From: Sphagnum compactum
Taxonomy: Eukaryota
Length of the DNA: 64,000 nucleotides
Reading direction: 5' to 3'
NCBI GenBank assembly: GCA_965153455.1
Contig: OZ234494.1
Span: 7,440,001 to 7,504,000, forward strand
The notes beneath the pieces were generated by a model. That model saw only the letters and a list, made by a program, of their open reading frames with translations, did no database searches and was not told the origin of the DNA. This document shows, one piece after another, positions 15,259 through 27,484 of the stretch; position 1 is the first letter of the stretch, and every line of letters starts with the position of its first letter. Both the position numbers and the translations under genes were made by a program.

Positions 15259-16469
15259 GCATGGTCCGGCTCTCAAACTAATAGAATAATGTGCATAAGT
15301 GGAGAATTGAATTCAAGACTTGAGATCAAAGGGAACCTTTCTCATTAAGCCATGGTTTCATATGTGAATAAAAAGTGTCAACCATTATTTAAAGTTTGAA
15401 TGCATGTAATGTTTTTAAATAAAAACAATCACTTGTCTTTTCTCATACAAGAAGGTGTGGGATAGTAGGGATGAAATCCTGTATAGAGGGTTTTGGGATC
15501 AGATCCCACTAACCTGAAGATCAGATGGAAACCAATGGTTATCTTTTTTGGGTATTTAAAAAATCCGACCAGTTCTCTATACCTGAAAAAAAATCCTAAA
15601 AACCAAGGCAATTTTTTAAACTTACTGTAAAAACCAAAACTAGTGGTTCTTAGAAAAGAATGAGAACCACCCATTCGTTGTCTTGTGGAAATGTTTCATG
15701 AAGTTAAAAATATCCTACTAAATTTTTAAAATTTTAAAATATATTTTAGATATATAAATATAAAATAGATTATAGAAATTATTTTTTTCATTAAGTTGCA
15801 TCCTATATGTTTTTTGCACATCATTTGAAAAAAATGAAAGTAACTCCCTCTAGGGTGGGCTTACAGAACAAAAAAAAAACAGAAAAACCCCTCGGAATTT
15901 TGCATTGTTTCTTATGCTGCATAAAGCCTGCAGGCAAGGCCATCACCAAAATTAGGCTTCCACTCAACTGCCACCTGGGGCACCCTTATTTTGGTAATGC
16001 CCTGGGGCTTACCCTACACATAATCAGACAGTTTTCACTGCACAGACTAACCCTTTGGGAAGAGGTTCTTCGTAAAGTAGAAGCTTCTAGCAGATTCCGG
16101 TCTGTCTAGTTGATGAATAAAACTTGGCTGGTAAGACAGTCCAAGAGTCACTGGAGTTATAATCACCAGCTGAACGTCATACCGACCTAAGCAGCAGGTG
16201 ACTCGCTGAGCTGCCGATTCAACAAATTAGACAGACCCCTACTACTAGTTGTGGTCCAGATTTAGCAGGAATTGAGGCCACCACGCCATTCTCCAACTAA
16301 CTTTAGGGAGACTGGGGATTTGTTGTGTGGAGTTGACTTCAAGTTGTCAAAAGTTAATTAACTACTAATAATAATAGGAGAAATAATGGTCCTTAAATAA
16401 GAGGGAGCTGTAGCGGTTGAAGTCCGAGTACACTAGCGGATGTAGGTGACATAAAGCAGCTAGTGGGCC

Positions 16470-16940
16470 TGTCAGATGCAGCGGTGGAACTGGGGTTCCA
16501 CTCCTGACAACAGTATGAGCCTTGGTGATGGCCTTCCTTGAAATCAGGGATAATGTGACCCAGAACGGTAGCACCCATCTTGTGTCGATGAACCGCAACT
16601 GAGTTACCAAGGTTCCAACTTGGTAACCTATCCTGTATACCATCCTACTTCCACATCATATTACCCAGAACTAACTATGTAAGTGGTTAAGTGAGCCTGT
16701 TTGTAGCGGTGAAACTAGGTTTCAGTCCTCAAAACATAGTATCAGCCTTGAGCCCTTCCTTGAATTAGGGACTAGCCTATGTGCATTGTGACCTAGCACC
16801 CACCAGTCCACCACTTACTGAGGTAAGTAATGTTCCTAAGGTTCCACCTTGGTAACCCATCGTGTAAACCCTCTCCTCCACCCCCACACCACCTAGGTAA
16901 CTATCTCGGTAAATGGGTAAGTATAAGATGTAACTGGGTA
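16470..16940. repeat. Diverged tandem duplication (~235-bp unit x2) with a related partial copy at ~18770-18900
   Basis: GCGGTG(G/A)AACT(G/A)GG...CTTCCTTGAA...AAGGTTCCA(A/C)CTTGGTAACC(T/C)ATC occurs at ~16481-16635 and ~16707-16862. Confidence 0.7.
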
Positions 16941-19900
16941 GTGTAGGGAAGCCTAGGGAATTGTAGGCCTGGAATTCACCTCATCATGTTGGAAAATTGT
17001 TTATGAAAATAAATGATTATTAGTTAAGAGAAGAAAGAATGGACTCCTCCACGAGCTTACATACTCTTTGCAAATCTTACTTTTATTGTTGGCAAAGAAA
17101 TGCTGACACATGTCTGTTAAAGCTCCTATGGATCGACTAAGACTCCATAATTGCAAAGATTTGTAGTGAAAGCCTTTGAATCTGGTAACTCTAAAATTTG
17201 GATAAGAAATTGCAATACCTTTGGCTTCATTCATAATTCACAACAAACTTTTTTGGCATTCCCTGTCGCCAAAAAAGTGAAAACCTCTAACAAATTGAAG
17301 TTGAATTATCAAAACACAGGGAAAAATCTCCAAGGGAATTGTGGGACCAATATTTCAATGTTTTATTCTAATTTTTCCATTAGTGACATAGCCCCAGAGT
17401 CATTGTATTTTCCCATTGTCAAACAAACCATTTCATGTTTACACTGGGGAAATTCAAGTTTCTCTTGATGGCCGCGCAGGGAATCCTAAAAAAGTTTGGT
17501 AACAAGCAAGGAAATAGATGAACTTCAGAAATAGAATTTGCTTTTGACTTTAGTAGTTACAACTTAAGGAGAAAGTGCATAAGGCTACAGCACCAAGCTT
17601 GATCTTGTACAAATTTCTGTAGCTCACATGCAGCTTTAGAAGATTTAGTGGCAATTTAGGCCAGCTTTGCCAATCACCTTCTCACAGAATAATGAGGTGG
17701 AGTTGGAAGGTAAGTACCATGGTTACTATGTAGGTAGGTAAACCACTTGTGGTTACTAGGCAAGTAGTGGATGCATGTGGACAGTTAGTACATAGCTAAC
17801 TGCTATGGGGCACGAATATAATGAAAGAAGTGTTTCCTGTCCACATATCATCCATTCTGCATGGTCCACAGGGTGAGTGCTGGTTCATTCTGGCTGAGTC
17901 ATTTGTAGCTGTGCCTCAGAAGTGTCCACTACATTTGTGGCAGTTCCCCTACAGTTGTTGCATTGATCACAAATGATGGATGAGGTTAAGATTCAAATCA
18001 AGCAGCGCCCCTTCACAAGGAATTGATCAATCTCGCACCTGGGTCAATTTAACCATGAATCTGCATAATTGTGCTATCTTTAGAGGAGTTTTGAGGTAGC
18101 TCGTGCAGCGCGCTAACTGCTCCGGATTCATCTTCCTTTGCTTTAACTGTACTATTGCTATTGCACTGCTAAAGCATAATTCCAGTTTTTGTCAAGGTAG
18201 TTGGTGCTTTGTCCTGACAGTTATTCCTATTTATAAGTTTGGCACTACAGAGTGTAAGAGATTTACATCAAACTTGTTACAAGTAATCAAACTTAACCCT
18301 TTAACAGAAAATGTTTGGTTCTACCTAAGCATCATATCCACTATTTCCTTCCACACCCAGCTACGTACGTACATGGATTTTGTGACCCATGCAGCAACCA
18401 CCAGTTCACCAGCCATTGGAAACCAGATATGGACTAGGTAACCTGGCTCGAGCTGCTGGGTTACCCAATGCAGTTGAGCCAGAGGTGGTGAGACTACGTA
18501 TGGTAACCCAGCAGCTTGAGCCAGTTACTGGACATAACTAGTGGTTGAAAGGTGCCGAGCATGTGTTCACTCCCCTCTCATCGGGCAAGGGTTATGAAGC
18601 TCCACCACTCTCAATGCGCTCCTACCAATGTGGAGACGAGGTTATGACCTTGATCAATCAGGCGATAAGGTACACACAGGTTATAACCCCCAACCAACCA
18701 ATCCGAGTGTGAGGCACCCCCAACAATGGGTTATGACTCAGTTGTGGATGAACCACAATTTGAGTTATGAAGGTTCCAAGTTCCAACCTATCCTAATAGT
18801 AACAACCTATCATGTAAACCCACCTACGTGCAGCTCTCCCGCTACCTAAGTGATGAATGACCTATGTAAGTCATGGGTAAGTATTATAGGTAAAGTGGTA
18901 GGGAATGTAAGTGATAACTATGTAGGGTAGATAAATAGGTACCTATTAAAGCACTTGGTGGCTACTAGGTCGTTAGATGAATGGTGGATGATTAGTACAT
19001 GGCTAACCACCATGGTCAGCTAGCTATATGGGAGAGAAATACAATGAAAAAGTTGTTTGGAAATTTGTGAACAGAATGGTGATTAGAACTAACTAGTGAT
19101 TAGACACTGCAGGATTAAAGACTGATTAGTGAAAGTTAAGCACAGTGGTTTTGCTAGGGAAATACCCTAGGAACTAGTGCAGGTTGCCAAGAGCGGCGGC
19201 GCGCTGGCTGGCAACAGGTGGCCTTGTGCAGCTTGCTGGCTGCATCACGAGGATTCCAACCGATTCTCCAAATCCAAAACACTACCCGAGTCATCAACAG
19301 GAGGGTGTTGTTGTACTGGACGCAGGCAGCCGGATCACCTGGAGCAATTGAATTCTCCTCTTCTTGGAAAAGCTCTCCCTCGCTGATCCTGCTTGTTCTT
19401 TTCCCTTGCGTCCAAATTATTAGCCTCGCCTAGTTTCTCAAGTCGAGGCTTTTCGTCATACTAGCCTTGTTGGCGACTGTGATTTTAGTTAAAACTGAGT
19501 TTGTGCTTCTCTAGCCCAACTTGTTGGTCGGGTGAATTTATATCCCTGAACTGATCTCAGTCCAGTAGTGGGAATCTTCCTGCCATGAATATCTCCGCGT
19601 GTGCTAGCTGCAGGTGTTTTTGCACCGGCTTCGAAACAAAATTACAACTTTCTTGGGAATTTGAATGGATGTGGTAAAGGAAAATCTTGCTGCTTACTGA
19701 TCCTCAAGATCCCATCGTGTCAATTTCAACTTTGTCATCATGATGCAGCTTCGCGGGTTTTGCTTAGCGGTTTGAAGGGGTTGAGCAGAGACTAGTGCAA
19801 CCGGAAGCAGTACTGGGTACATTCGTACATGTGCAGGTAGGTATGGTCGGAAAAGAATCACGATTACTGGGTCGGAGGAGAGGATCAGATTTGAGGGTGG

Positions 19901-19959
19901 GTGGTACGAATCGGATACTTGATCAGAGGTTATAATCGGCTTTAGAGAGTAGAGAGATC

Positions 19960-21174
19960 ATGACAGGATCATCAGTTGGCGGCACAAACACGACGGCTTG
20001 TGCCGCCTGCAAGTACCAGAGACGCAAGTGCATGCCTGACTGTCCGTTGTCTCCCTACTTCCCAGCCGACCAGCCGAGGCGGTTTGCAAATGTGCACAAG
20101 CTTTTCGGAGTAAGCAACACGCTACGGATCCTGAAACACGTAGACCCAAGCAAGCGTGAGGACACCGTGAAGTCAATTGCGTACGAGGCCGACATGCGCG
20201 ACAAAGACCCGGTACACGGCTGCTTGGGCGTCATTGCAATGCTCCAGAATCAGGTCTTAAACCTCAAGGACGAGCTCGCTATAGCCCACGAGCAGCTCTA
20301 CCTACTGCAGCAGCAACAGCAAAGCTTCCACAGCCAACAATCTCAGCTGCAGCTGCACGCGTTGCAGGGGACATCCTTCGCTGCCGTTACCAGCTCAGGT
20401 GTCCATGATGCCGGGCATGTTCACGGGAGCGGCAATGCAGCAGCTCTGATGAATTTGCAGTTACAGCCGTACAGCAGTTTAGGCGGCAACCATCTGCTGC
20501 TATCTACCTCCAGTTTCAACGATCAGTACTTGCGGCATGAATCTTTTGACCCACCCAAATTGCAAATCGCTCGTGAATACGATCACAGGTCATTCTCGCG
20601 CGTCCCTTTGGTGGGCACTTACCCTAGATCAGTTTGTAGAAAAGAATTTGATCGATTTTTATTAGATTCATGGTTTCATCATACTCATGTCGTTGATCAT
20701 CACCTGCTCCATCTAACCAAGTTGAAAGTGTACAATTTGAAACACAGGTACGCGGGTGAAGAAGCTGCTGATGATTCCAGTTGCTCACTAGTACAGCGTC
20801 AGGCCTTAGCATTGCAGATTAAGGCGGATGAACACGAGTTACAAAGAGCCGCACCGCCGGGAAGCAGCTACTTCGGCGGCGTAGCTAGAGTGAGCTCGGG
20901 TCAGTTTGATGATAGCCCGGTCAGCCACCATCAAATGCACCATCAAGCGGCACTACTCGAGGAAGAGCAAGCCGCCAGCATGCAGCACAGGACTCAGACG
21001 ACAGTACTGATTCCTGACGGTCTTGTAAACCTAGCTGTTACATCCGATCACAACGTCGACTTCAGGAGAGCGTCGAATTATTCGAGTGGAGCAACAGCAG
21101 GTCACGTTAATCCAGACCACGCGGAATGGAGAAGCAGTCCTGGGGTCTATCTAACCTTAACGAACCAGCACTAA
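19960..21174 (+). CDS. LBD: Class I LOB-domain (LBD/ASL) transcription factor
   Basis: CAACKYQRRKCMPDC (CX2CX6CX3C), GAS-type block FANVHKLFGVSN...DPVHGC and a leucine-zipper segment, followed by a Q/S/H-rich tail. Probable intron 20589-20747 (GT..CTAAC..CAG, 159 bp). Spliced product 351 aa; unspliced 404 aa. Confidence 0.95.
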   Translation: MTGSSVGGTNTTACAACKYQRRKCMPDCPLSPYFPADQPRRFANVHKLFGVSNTLRILKHVDPSKREDTVKSIAYEADMRDKDPVHGCLGVIAMLQNQVLNLKDELAIAHEQLYLLQQQQQSFHSQQSQLQLHALQGTSFAAVTSSGVHDAGHVHGSGNAAALMNLQLQPYSSLGGNHLLLSTSSFNDQYLRHESFDPPKLQIAREYDHRSFSRVPLVGTYPRSVCRKEFDRFLLDSWFHHTHVVDHHLLHLTKLKVYNLKHRYAGEEAADDSSCSLVQRQALALQIKADEHELQRAAPPGSSYFGGVARVSSGQFDDSPVSHHQMHHQAALLEEEQAASMQHRTQTTVLIPDGLVNLAVTSDHNVDFRRASNYSSGATAGHVNPDHAEWRSSPGVYLTLTNQH

Positions 21175-22268
21175 TGTCGATACATCAAATTGCTGTGAAC
21201 CAGTTGATCGGTGATCTGCTGCTCCATGATTCGACATTGGCGGCGATCGAGACTGTCCCAGATCTGGCGCAACTGGAGCGAGTACCCTAAGTGGTTTTTC
21301 CTACGACAGGAATCTGCTGGACTTTAGGCCTTGAATTGCAGGGCAGCCATTTAAGGCAAGCATCCAGCTGGTACCAATTCTTGGGTGCAGCAAAATAGCA
21401 CTCGGCCGAATTCCTGGGTGCATGTCCGCATGAGGTTTTGTGCCGGCAGTGAGCTACGTATGCAACACACCCTCGACTATCCTTGACTATCGTCTGCAGC
21501 AGTTGGGAATCCAAGCCTGTTGCTGGTCAGGACTGATCAGGAAAACATACAAGCTGGGCTTTTCTTCATCGTCCACCTCATGCAGGTTGGAACGACATAC
21601 GCAGCTCTCAACTATCCAGGAAGATCTTCCAGGAGTAGCTGAGACGTCGCTGACATAAAGGCACAATATCATGTCATCTCCAACACTTGTAGAACAATGT
21701 AGGTAGAGCAGGTTTATAGTTAGACCAGCTAGAGGTGGACCACTTAGACCTGGGCTTTAGATCCCTTCATAGGACCTCGTCAACGAACATAGATTTATTT
21801 TATTTTCTTGGGAGCAAATGGCAATTTCCATTGCAAATCAAAAAAGAACAACCACAGAACATAGATTTCATTCAATAGAGTCAAACACTAGATATAGTAT
21901 TCCTAGGCAATCGCGATAATTAGTGGATTGAAGTTGCAGCATCGCCTCATCTAGAAATCACTGGTCATGTGCACAAGAGTGCTGGAGTGCTATAGATCTT
22001 CTTCGAACGACATTATTAATTCTAAGTCATTACAGTACAATTTTTGTCAGGGGACTTGATTGATAGTCGATGAGCCACTAATTGGAAGCAGCTCTAGCTG
22101 GTTGAAACAGTAATCGAAACTGGGCTTTATAATTTAACCTATTTGTACAACACTAGCTATAAGTTGTGGATTCATCATTCAAACCTGAGTATTATTTCAA
22201 TGCAGTAGAAACGTTAGTTTCTCGCACTTCAGCTTCATGACTCCCACTGTAAGAAACCAGTCTCCACA

Positions 22269-22290
22269 AGATAGATAGATAGATAGATAT
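22269..22290. repeat. (AGAT)n microsatellite
   Basis: Direct read. Confidence 0.85.
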
Positions 22291-23242
22291 TATACGAGCT
22301 ATGTTCCTAATTCTTTTGAATTGATGTTATCTGCTTTTCTGGAGTTGCACTACGCTCCCTGCATGACGAGTTTTATTTGTTCTTGCAAAGCCGGTGATCG
22401 TGAGCTGAATGGACTCATTCTAATATTACCTTGCAGCAGCTATGGAAGGAATAATCCTGCGCATTAAGAGTTAAATGCACAAGTATATAGTACCCTTCTC
22501 CCTTACTCCTGGGGATTTAGTTTTAGTCTAGATCTGTGCCTCGATCGATCCAGCGCCCAGCTCCAACTTCTGATCAATGTTACGACTCATGAATCACCAG
22601 CTTCTGACTCGATCAGCTCTAATTGACCGCATCGACCATGAAGCTGTATAGAAACTTGTTGCATGTTGGAGGCTTACACTTAATAATTATAATATAACTT
22701 TTATATATATAGTGGTTTCTCCTACAGCACCACAAAGCCTTAGCTCACTCACACTGTGAGAGTTAAACGCTTGTGGCTTGTTGCTGTGTTGTTGCTGCTG
22801 TTGTTTCTGATGATGATTAGAATAGAAAAACACACGATTCAGGCTTTTTGATGAGGAGACTCATGAAATCTTTCTTCGACGCAATTGGAGGACGTTGCTT
22901 GTTGTCATTGTCGTCGTCTTTACCCTGTCGTGTTGTTTGGCAGCACCACCGCCACCATTCTTCTGATTCTTCCTGTGCTCCTCACAAAGGACATAATTCT
23001 ATTCTCTTCAGAGCTCCTCCTCCTCCTCCTCCTCCTTTCATGCTTAGGGTCGCGTCAGTCAAACCATCTGCTTCCAAAATTGTTTTGCAACTGTGTTTCC
23101 GTGCTCGATACGTGGACATCTGTTTGTGTATGTATGTGCGCGTGTTTCTCTCTCTCTTGATCTCTCTCTCTCTCAATCTCTCTTTCTTTCGCTCTTTCTG
23201 CGTCACGGTCCTTCCTGACATTTTTTGGTGGGTTTCTAAACA

Positions 23243-23619
23243 ATGTCCCGTGGTGGTGCTGCTGGCTCTCCTCTGAGACGTGGCAAGTTCATTTGCACTC
23301 TTCTTCCGGTGATTAGCAGAAGGAGAGGGATCGTTGGTGGTGCAACAGGACACGGGGTGTTTTATTGCGGCGAGAAAAAACAAGAAAGTGGAAAAGCTCT
23401 TTCCTCTCCGAGCCATCATCTATTGTCATCATCAGCCTTGCCACTCGTGTATTGTTGTCATTGCATCCTGATCTTGCAACGCTTTGAATCAATCTTGTAA
23501 GAAGCAGCAGATTCAATCATTGCTGCTGTGCAGGTTCATTTGTTGGAGGATCCTTCCGAGGAGGAGCTAGGATGGCAGCTGGAGATGTCGACTGCAGCCT
23601 GAATATTCTATTTTTCTAA
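23243..23619 (+). pseudogene. Candidate truncated gene start or short spliced ORF (41 aa)
   Basis: Exons 23243-23282 and 23534-23619 joined by a GC-AG intron (G|GCAAGT...TGCAG|) give MSRGGAAGSPLRRGSFVGGSFRGGARMAAGDVDCSLNILFF*. Preceded by CT-rich, UTR-like sequence and followed abruptly by AT-rich DNA. Confidence 0.3.
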
Positions 23620-26600
23620 AATGAAAATCTCAAAATTAATAATGAATTATTAGTCATTTCTATTTTGTCATTAAATTATGTTGTCAATGGTAGTGAGATG
23701 CACCACCCAGCCCAAGTAATTCAAATTAAGATAATTCACACGATGGTGGTGATTTTTCACATGTGTTCATTTTTATACATCAATACTTTGATTTTAAGTC
23801 AAAAATGCAAAAAAAATTTAATTAAAATTATGTTAAAATTTTGACCTTTTTTTTGCATGATTATTTTTTTCATTTAAGGTTACAAATTTTGAGCTTAGTG
23901 AATAGGGAAAAAAGCCTAAATTGTCCCCCCCCCAAAAAAATTTGATGCGACTTTTTGGAATAAACTTTAGAACTTTCAAAATTATCATATGGTGTATAAT
24001 CTAATAACTACATTAATGAACATTGTTAAACATAATGTAAACTTTTTTTATCTATTAACTTTTTAAAAAATCAAGTACATTATTTAATGCATTTTTTAAT
24101 TTTATTTTCTAAAACATATAGTTTTAAAAAGAATATAATTGTTTAGAAAGATTTCAAATGAACATTTATATTGTATCAAACCTATTCTTTGAAATTTTTA
24201 TTAATTTAATACATGACATAATTTTAATTGTAGGCATAGAATATTTATAATGCAATTAATCATTACCAACTTGTTATTGTTTTCATTAGATGGTTTGAGT
24301 GTCCCAATCATGAATGGACCCCAAAACTAATTACCCTTTGAGCTCTGGGAGTAATAGTAATGACAAAAATGAATGACAAGTTGGAGCTTATGGGGGCATT
24401 CTAGGCATTTGAAGATATTATGGAAATATCAAACAAGGCATTATAAGGGCATGCCTTGTTTGATATTTTACCATCACTCATGACATTTTGTTAGTGGATG
24501 TAAGCAATCTGAAGTTGTAATGTGTTACAAGTGATGCTAGTTGCATTAGATGACAAGGTAATGAACTTTAATTGGGTTCCCATGCTGCTATCTTTAAGTT
24601 GTAGAACATTGTGTTTTCATGACATATAAAGAAAAAATTCTCAAACTGGGGACTTCCATTCCATAAGTTATAACAAATTTTCCTCTATACAATTTGGTAG
24701 TGATATAAGGAGTTATGGATGTTCATGTGCTTGATGAGAGTGATGAGGGGGAAATTAGGGTGATTATAAAACCAATAAGTGTAGCTATTTAGGTTCTAGG
24801 CTAGGGCTTGATTGTTGCAAACAAATGCAATATAGTTTTGTTCCTACTACACATGGTGTAAAATGCACTTCAATCATTTGGCCCTTCTAATGGGCTTTTG
24901 GTTGTTAGGAAAGAAAATTGTTGGCAGCCTGGCATAATTTCAATGTGCAAGCTTCTCAATGGTTGTTTGGAGGTAGGAAATATAAAGATGAGGGAGCTCA
25001 AGCTGAAGGTACCAGAAAAAAGAAGAGTGTGGGTGAAAAACTTGGCATAAATGTAGCCATTTGGATGTGCTCTTAGCAAGGCAGCTTTGTGAAAAAAAAT
25101 TTGCTGGACCATAGTCTTCTTAGAGAAGTTTTTTATTCTCTTGGCTGGGGTAAACTGGCCCATCACCGAGCACTAGCCTATCACTGAACACTTTGGCAGA
25201 TCTTTCTCAATTCTTCTCCATTTTGAGTGATTTAAAATGTTATAGGAGCACCTTCTCAAGCTTTACAAAACATCTTTGAAATGCAAAGCCAAAGGAGCAG
25301 CCAAGAAAGAGCAGTAAAGAAATTACGTTTTTTCAAATTGCAGAACGTGTTTTTTTTTTTTTTTTTCTTCATTTTGACCCCTTCTACTTCATCAGTGCAT
25401 AACTTTCCCACTTTTTTTTTGTTCAAATTGAGCGATTTAATTGTTCAAATTGAGCAACTTAAGCTGTTCTGAAATCGCGATCTTAAGCTCTACAAATCAT
25501 CTTGTGACTCTATAAGCAACACAATAATATTTGAGGATCTTTTGAGAGGTTAAGAAATAGGCTATGAGCTGTTTGATCGAGACTTTTTTGTAAAAACGAC
25601 CCCCCACTGATTTGGGGGGCCATAACTTTCTCGCCTTTAGTCCATTTTTGCCGATTTTTTAGTGCAATAGATGCACAAAGAGCCTCCAACAATTCTTTGG
25701 ATATCATAAACAATGGGGCCCTCCTGTGAAAACGACGAGAAACATTACCTTAAATGTACTACGACTGGCCTCTCTACCCTAGTGGGAGGGTGATTAGTAT
25801 CTTGATGAACCCAATTTTTGTGAGAAGCTAAGCTAGTGACAATGTTCTATTAGTCTCATAGTTCAGTCAAAGTAGGCTATTTTGTGATGGGGGCATACTG
25901 TGTGAGCAGTGCAAGCTCACTTTGGTAAGGGTCCTACAAAATAACAAATTTGCAAAAACAGAGTGATATGAGGTTCATGCATTTTGCAACTAATGCACGT
26001 CTTATTTGTTGTGGAACCAAGCACCTTGATGAATCATGTTCTCCGATCAATTTAGTGTGTGAGCCTGCAGTTTGGCTGTGAAGTATTGTGCTGACCTTGT
26101 GCTGCGCCCTACATGCTGACATTTTGGTATTAAAAATATTTCCTCCATCATTTTATCTCTAACCATGGAAAATCACCCTTGACTGCTAGAATACATAAGC
26201 ATCAAAATAAGACATTTTTGTGCAATACAACAATGTACAAACACACATTCGAAACTACTAAAACTTTCCCACCTTAAGTACATTGCCCACAATTAGCTAA
26301 GCTAGGTGGTCAAATACCTTACACTTTCATGATATGTTTCAATTTTGAAATCTACCTGAAACAAATATTGTCATGTCATGAAGCACATTTAAATGTTTTG
26401 TATGTAGTTTGAAAACTTTAAAATTGACATACCTTCTTCAAAAGCACACCACCACATGCAAATTTTTTTGCCAAATTATGTGCTGTTTGACATTAATCAG
26501 CACCTTGAATGTATACAACCACATCACCCTACTAGTCATACATCAAAGCATTCAATAGAAACCAGGTTTTCACAAATACATGCCTAATATCTTGGATTGT

Positions 26601-27484
26601 GCATTTACCAAGAATTTCTTCATGGACATTTATTGTGACATAAAGATAAATCACGGATTGCAATTGAAAAAAGAAGTAGACATTCAAATAAAGAAATAAG
26701 TCATACACTATTTAATACAATCTTATCAATAATTCTTGTGCTTTTGACAGACTCAACTAAGCTATCTTCCACCCAACTCAGAAAAGTGCTCAAATGGGTG
26801 AAGAACCTCAAGGCATTGGTTGCTGCAACCATATAGATCCCGCCTTTGTAGAAGAGGCATACTAATGACACAGGCAAGAGGTTCTTTAATGCCACACGGT
26901 TTGGCTAGTATTAAATCAAATGATTTAATGGCTATTATCAAATGATTCAATTGCAAACTCTCTTTCACACCTGAAATGTCATTCATGTGTCATGTAGAGA
27001 ACCACATTAAAAAGCAACCCTAAACACACACCAAGGCAGATATGCACAAGCGTCAAGTCTCACTGTAACCCAGCAATGGCAGGGTGAGATGAATAATGGC
27101 TCACCATGAAAGACTTGAGAGGGTGGATAGGGAAGGGTGGGTATTTGGTGCTGAATTCTGGTATAGCGAGATGTCCACTATGGCTTATTCACCTCTCTCA
27201 ATGAAGTTGTGCTGAACAATTGATCATGTCCCTACCATGTTGGCTAGTCTCACAGCTCTAATTGCTGCACAGTTTTGAAAAGGGCAGCCCTGCCTTAACT
27301 GTCAGACGACCCATTAAAGGCATGTAGACCCAGTAAGGTCAAGCCATGAAAGTTTCCACAGGCACCCTGAAAATTGATTTAAGACATAATAACTCACCAT
27401 GCTCCAGCAAATGATTAAGAGAACTGGTGCACCAGCAAGAATCAATAGGGGTCCAACACAAGAATAGAAGGAAATGGTCTACTT

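Noticed and set aside
14480-17870. Inverted similarity between ~14500-14750 and ~17700-17860 as the termini of one element
   Set aside because: The match is loose, no TSD was seen, and a further copy lies at ~18880-19060. Better explained as dispersed repeat copies.
22848-23419. 142-aa and 145-aa ORFs on opposite strands
   Set aside because: Low-complexity translations of CCT/CT microsatellite-rich, UTR-like DNA.
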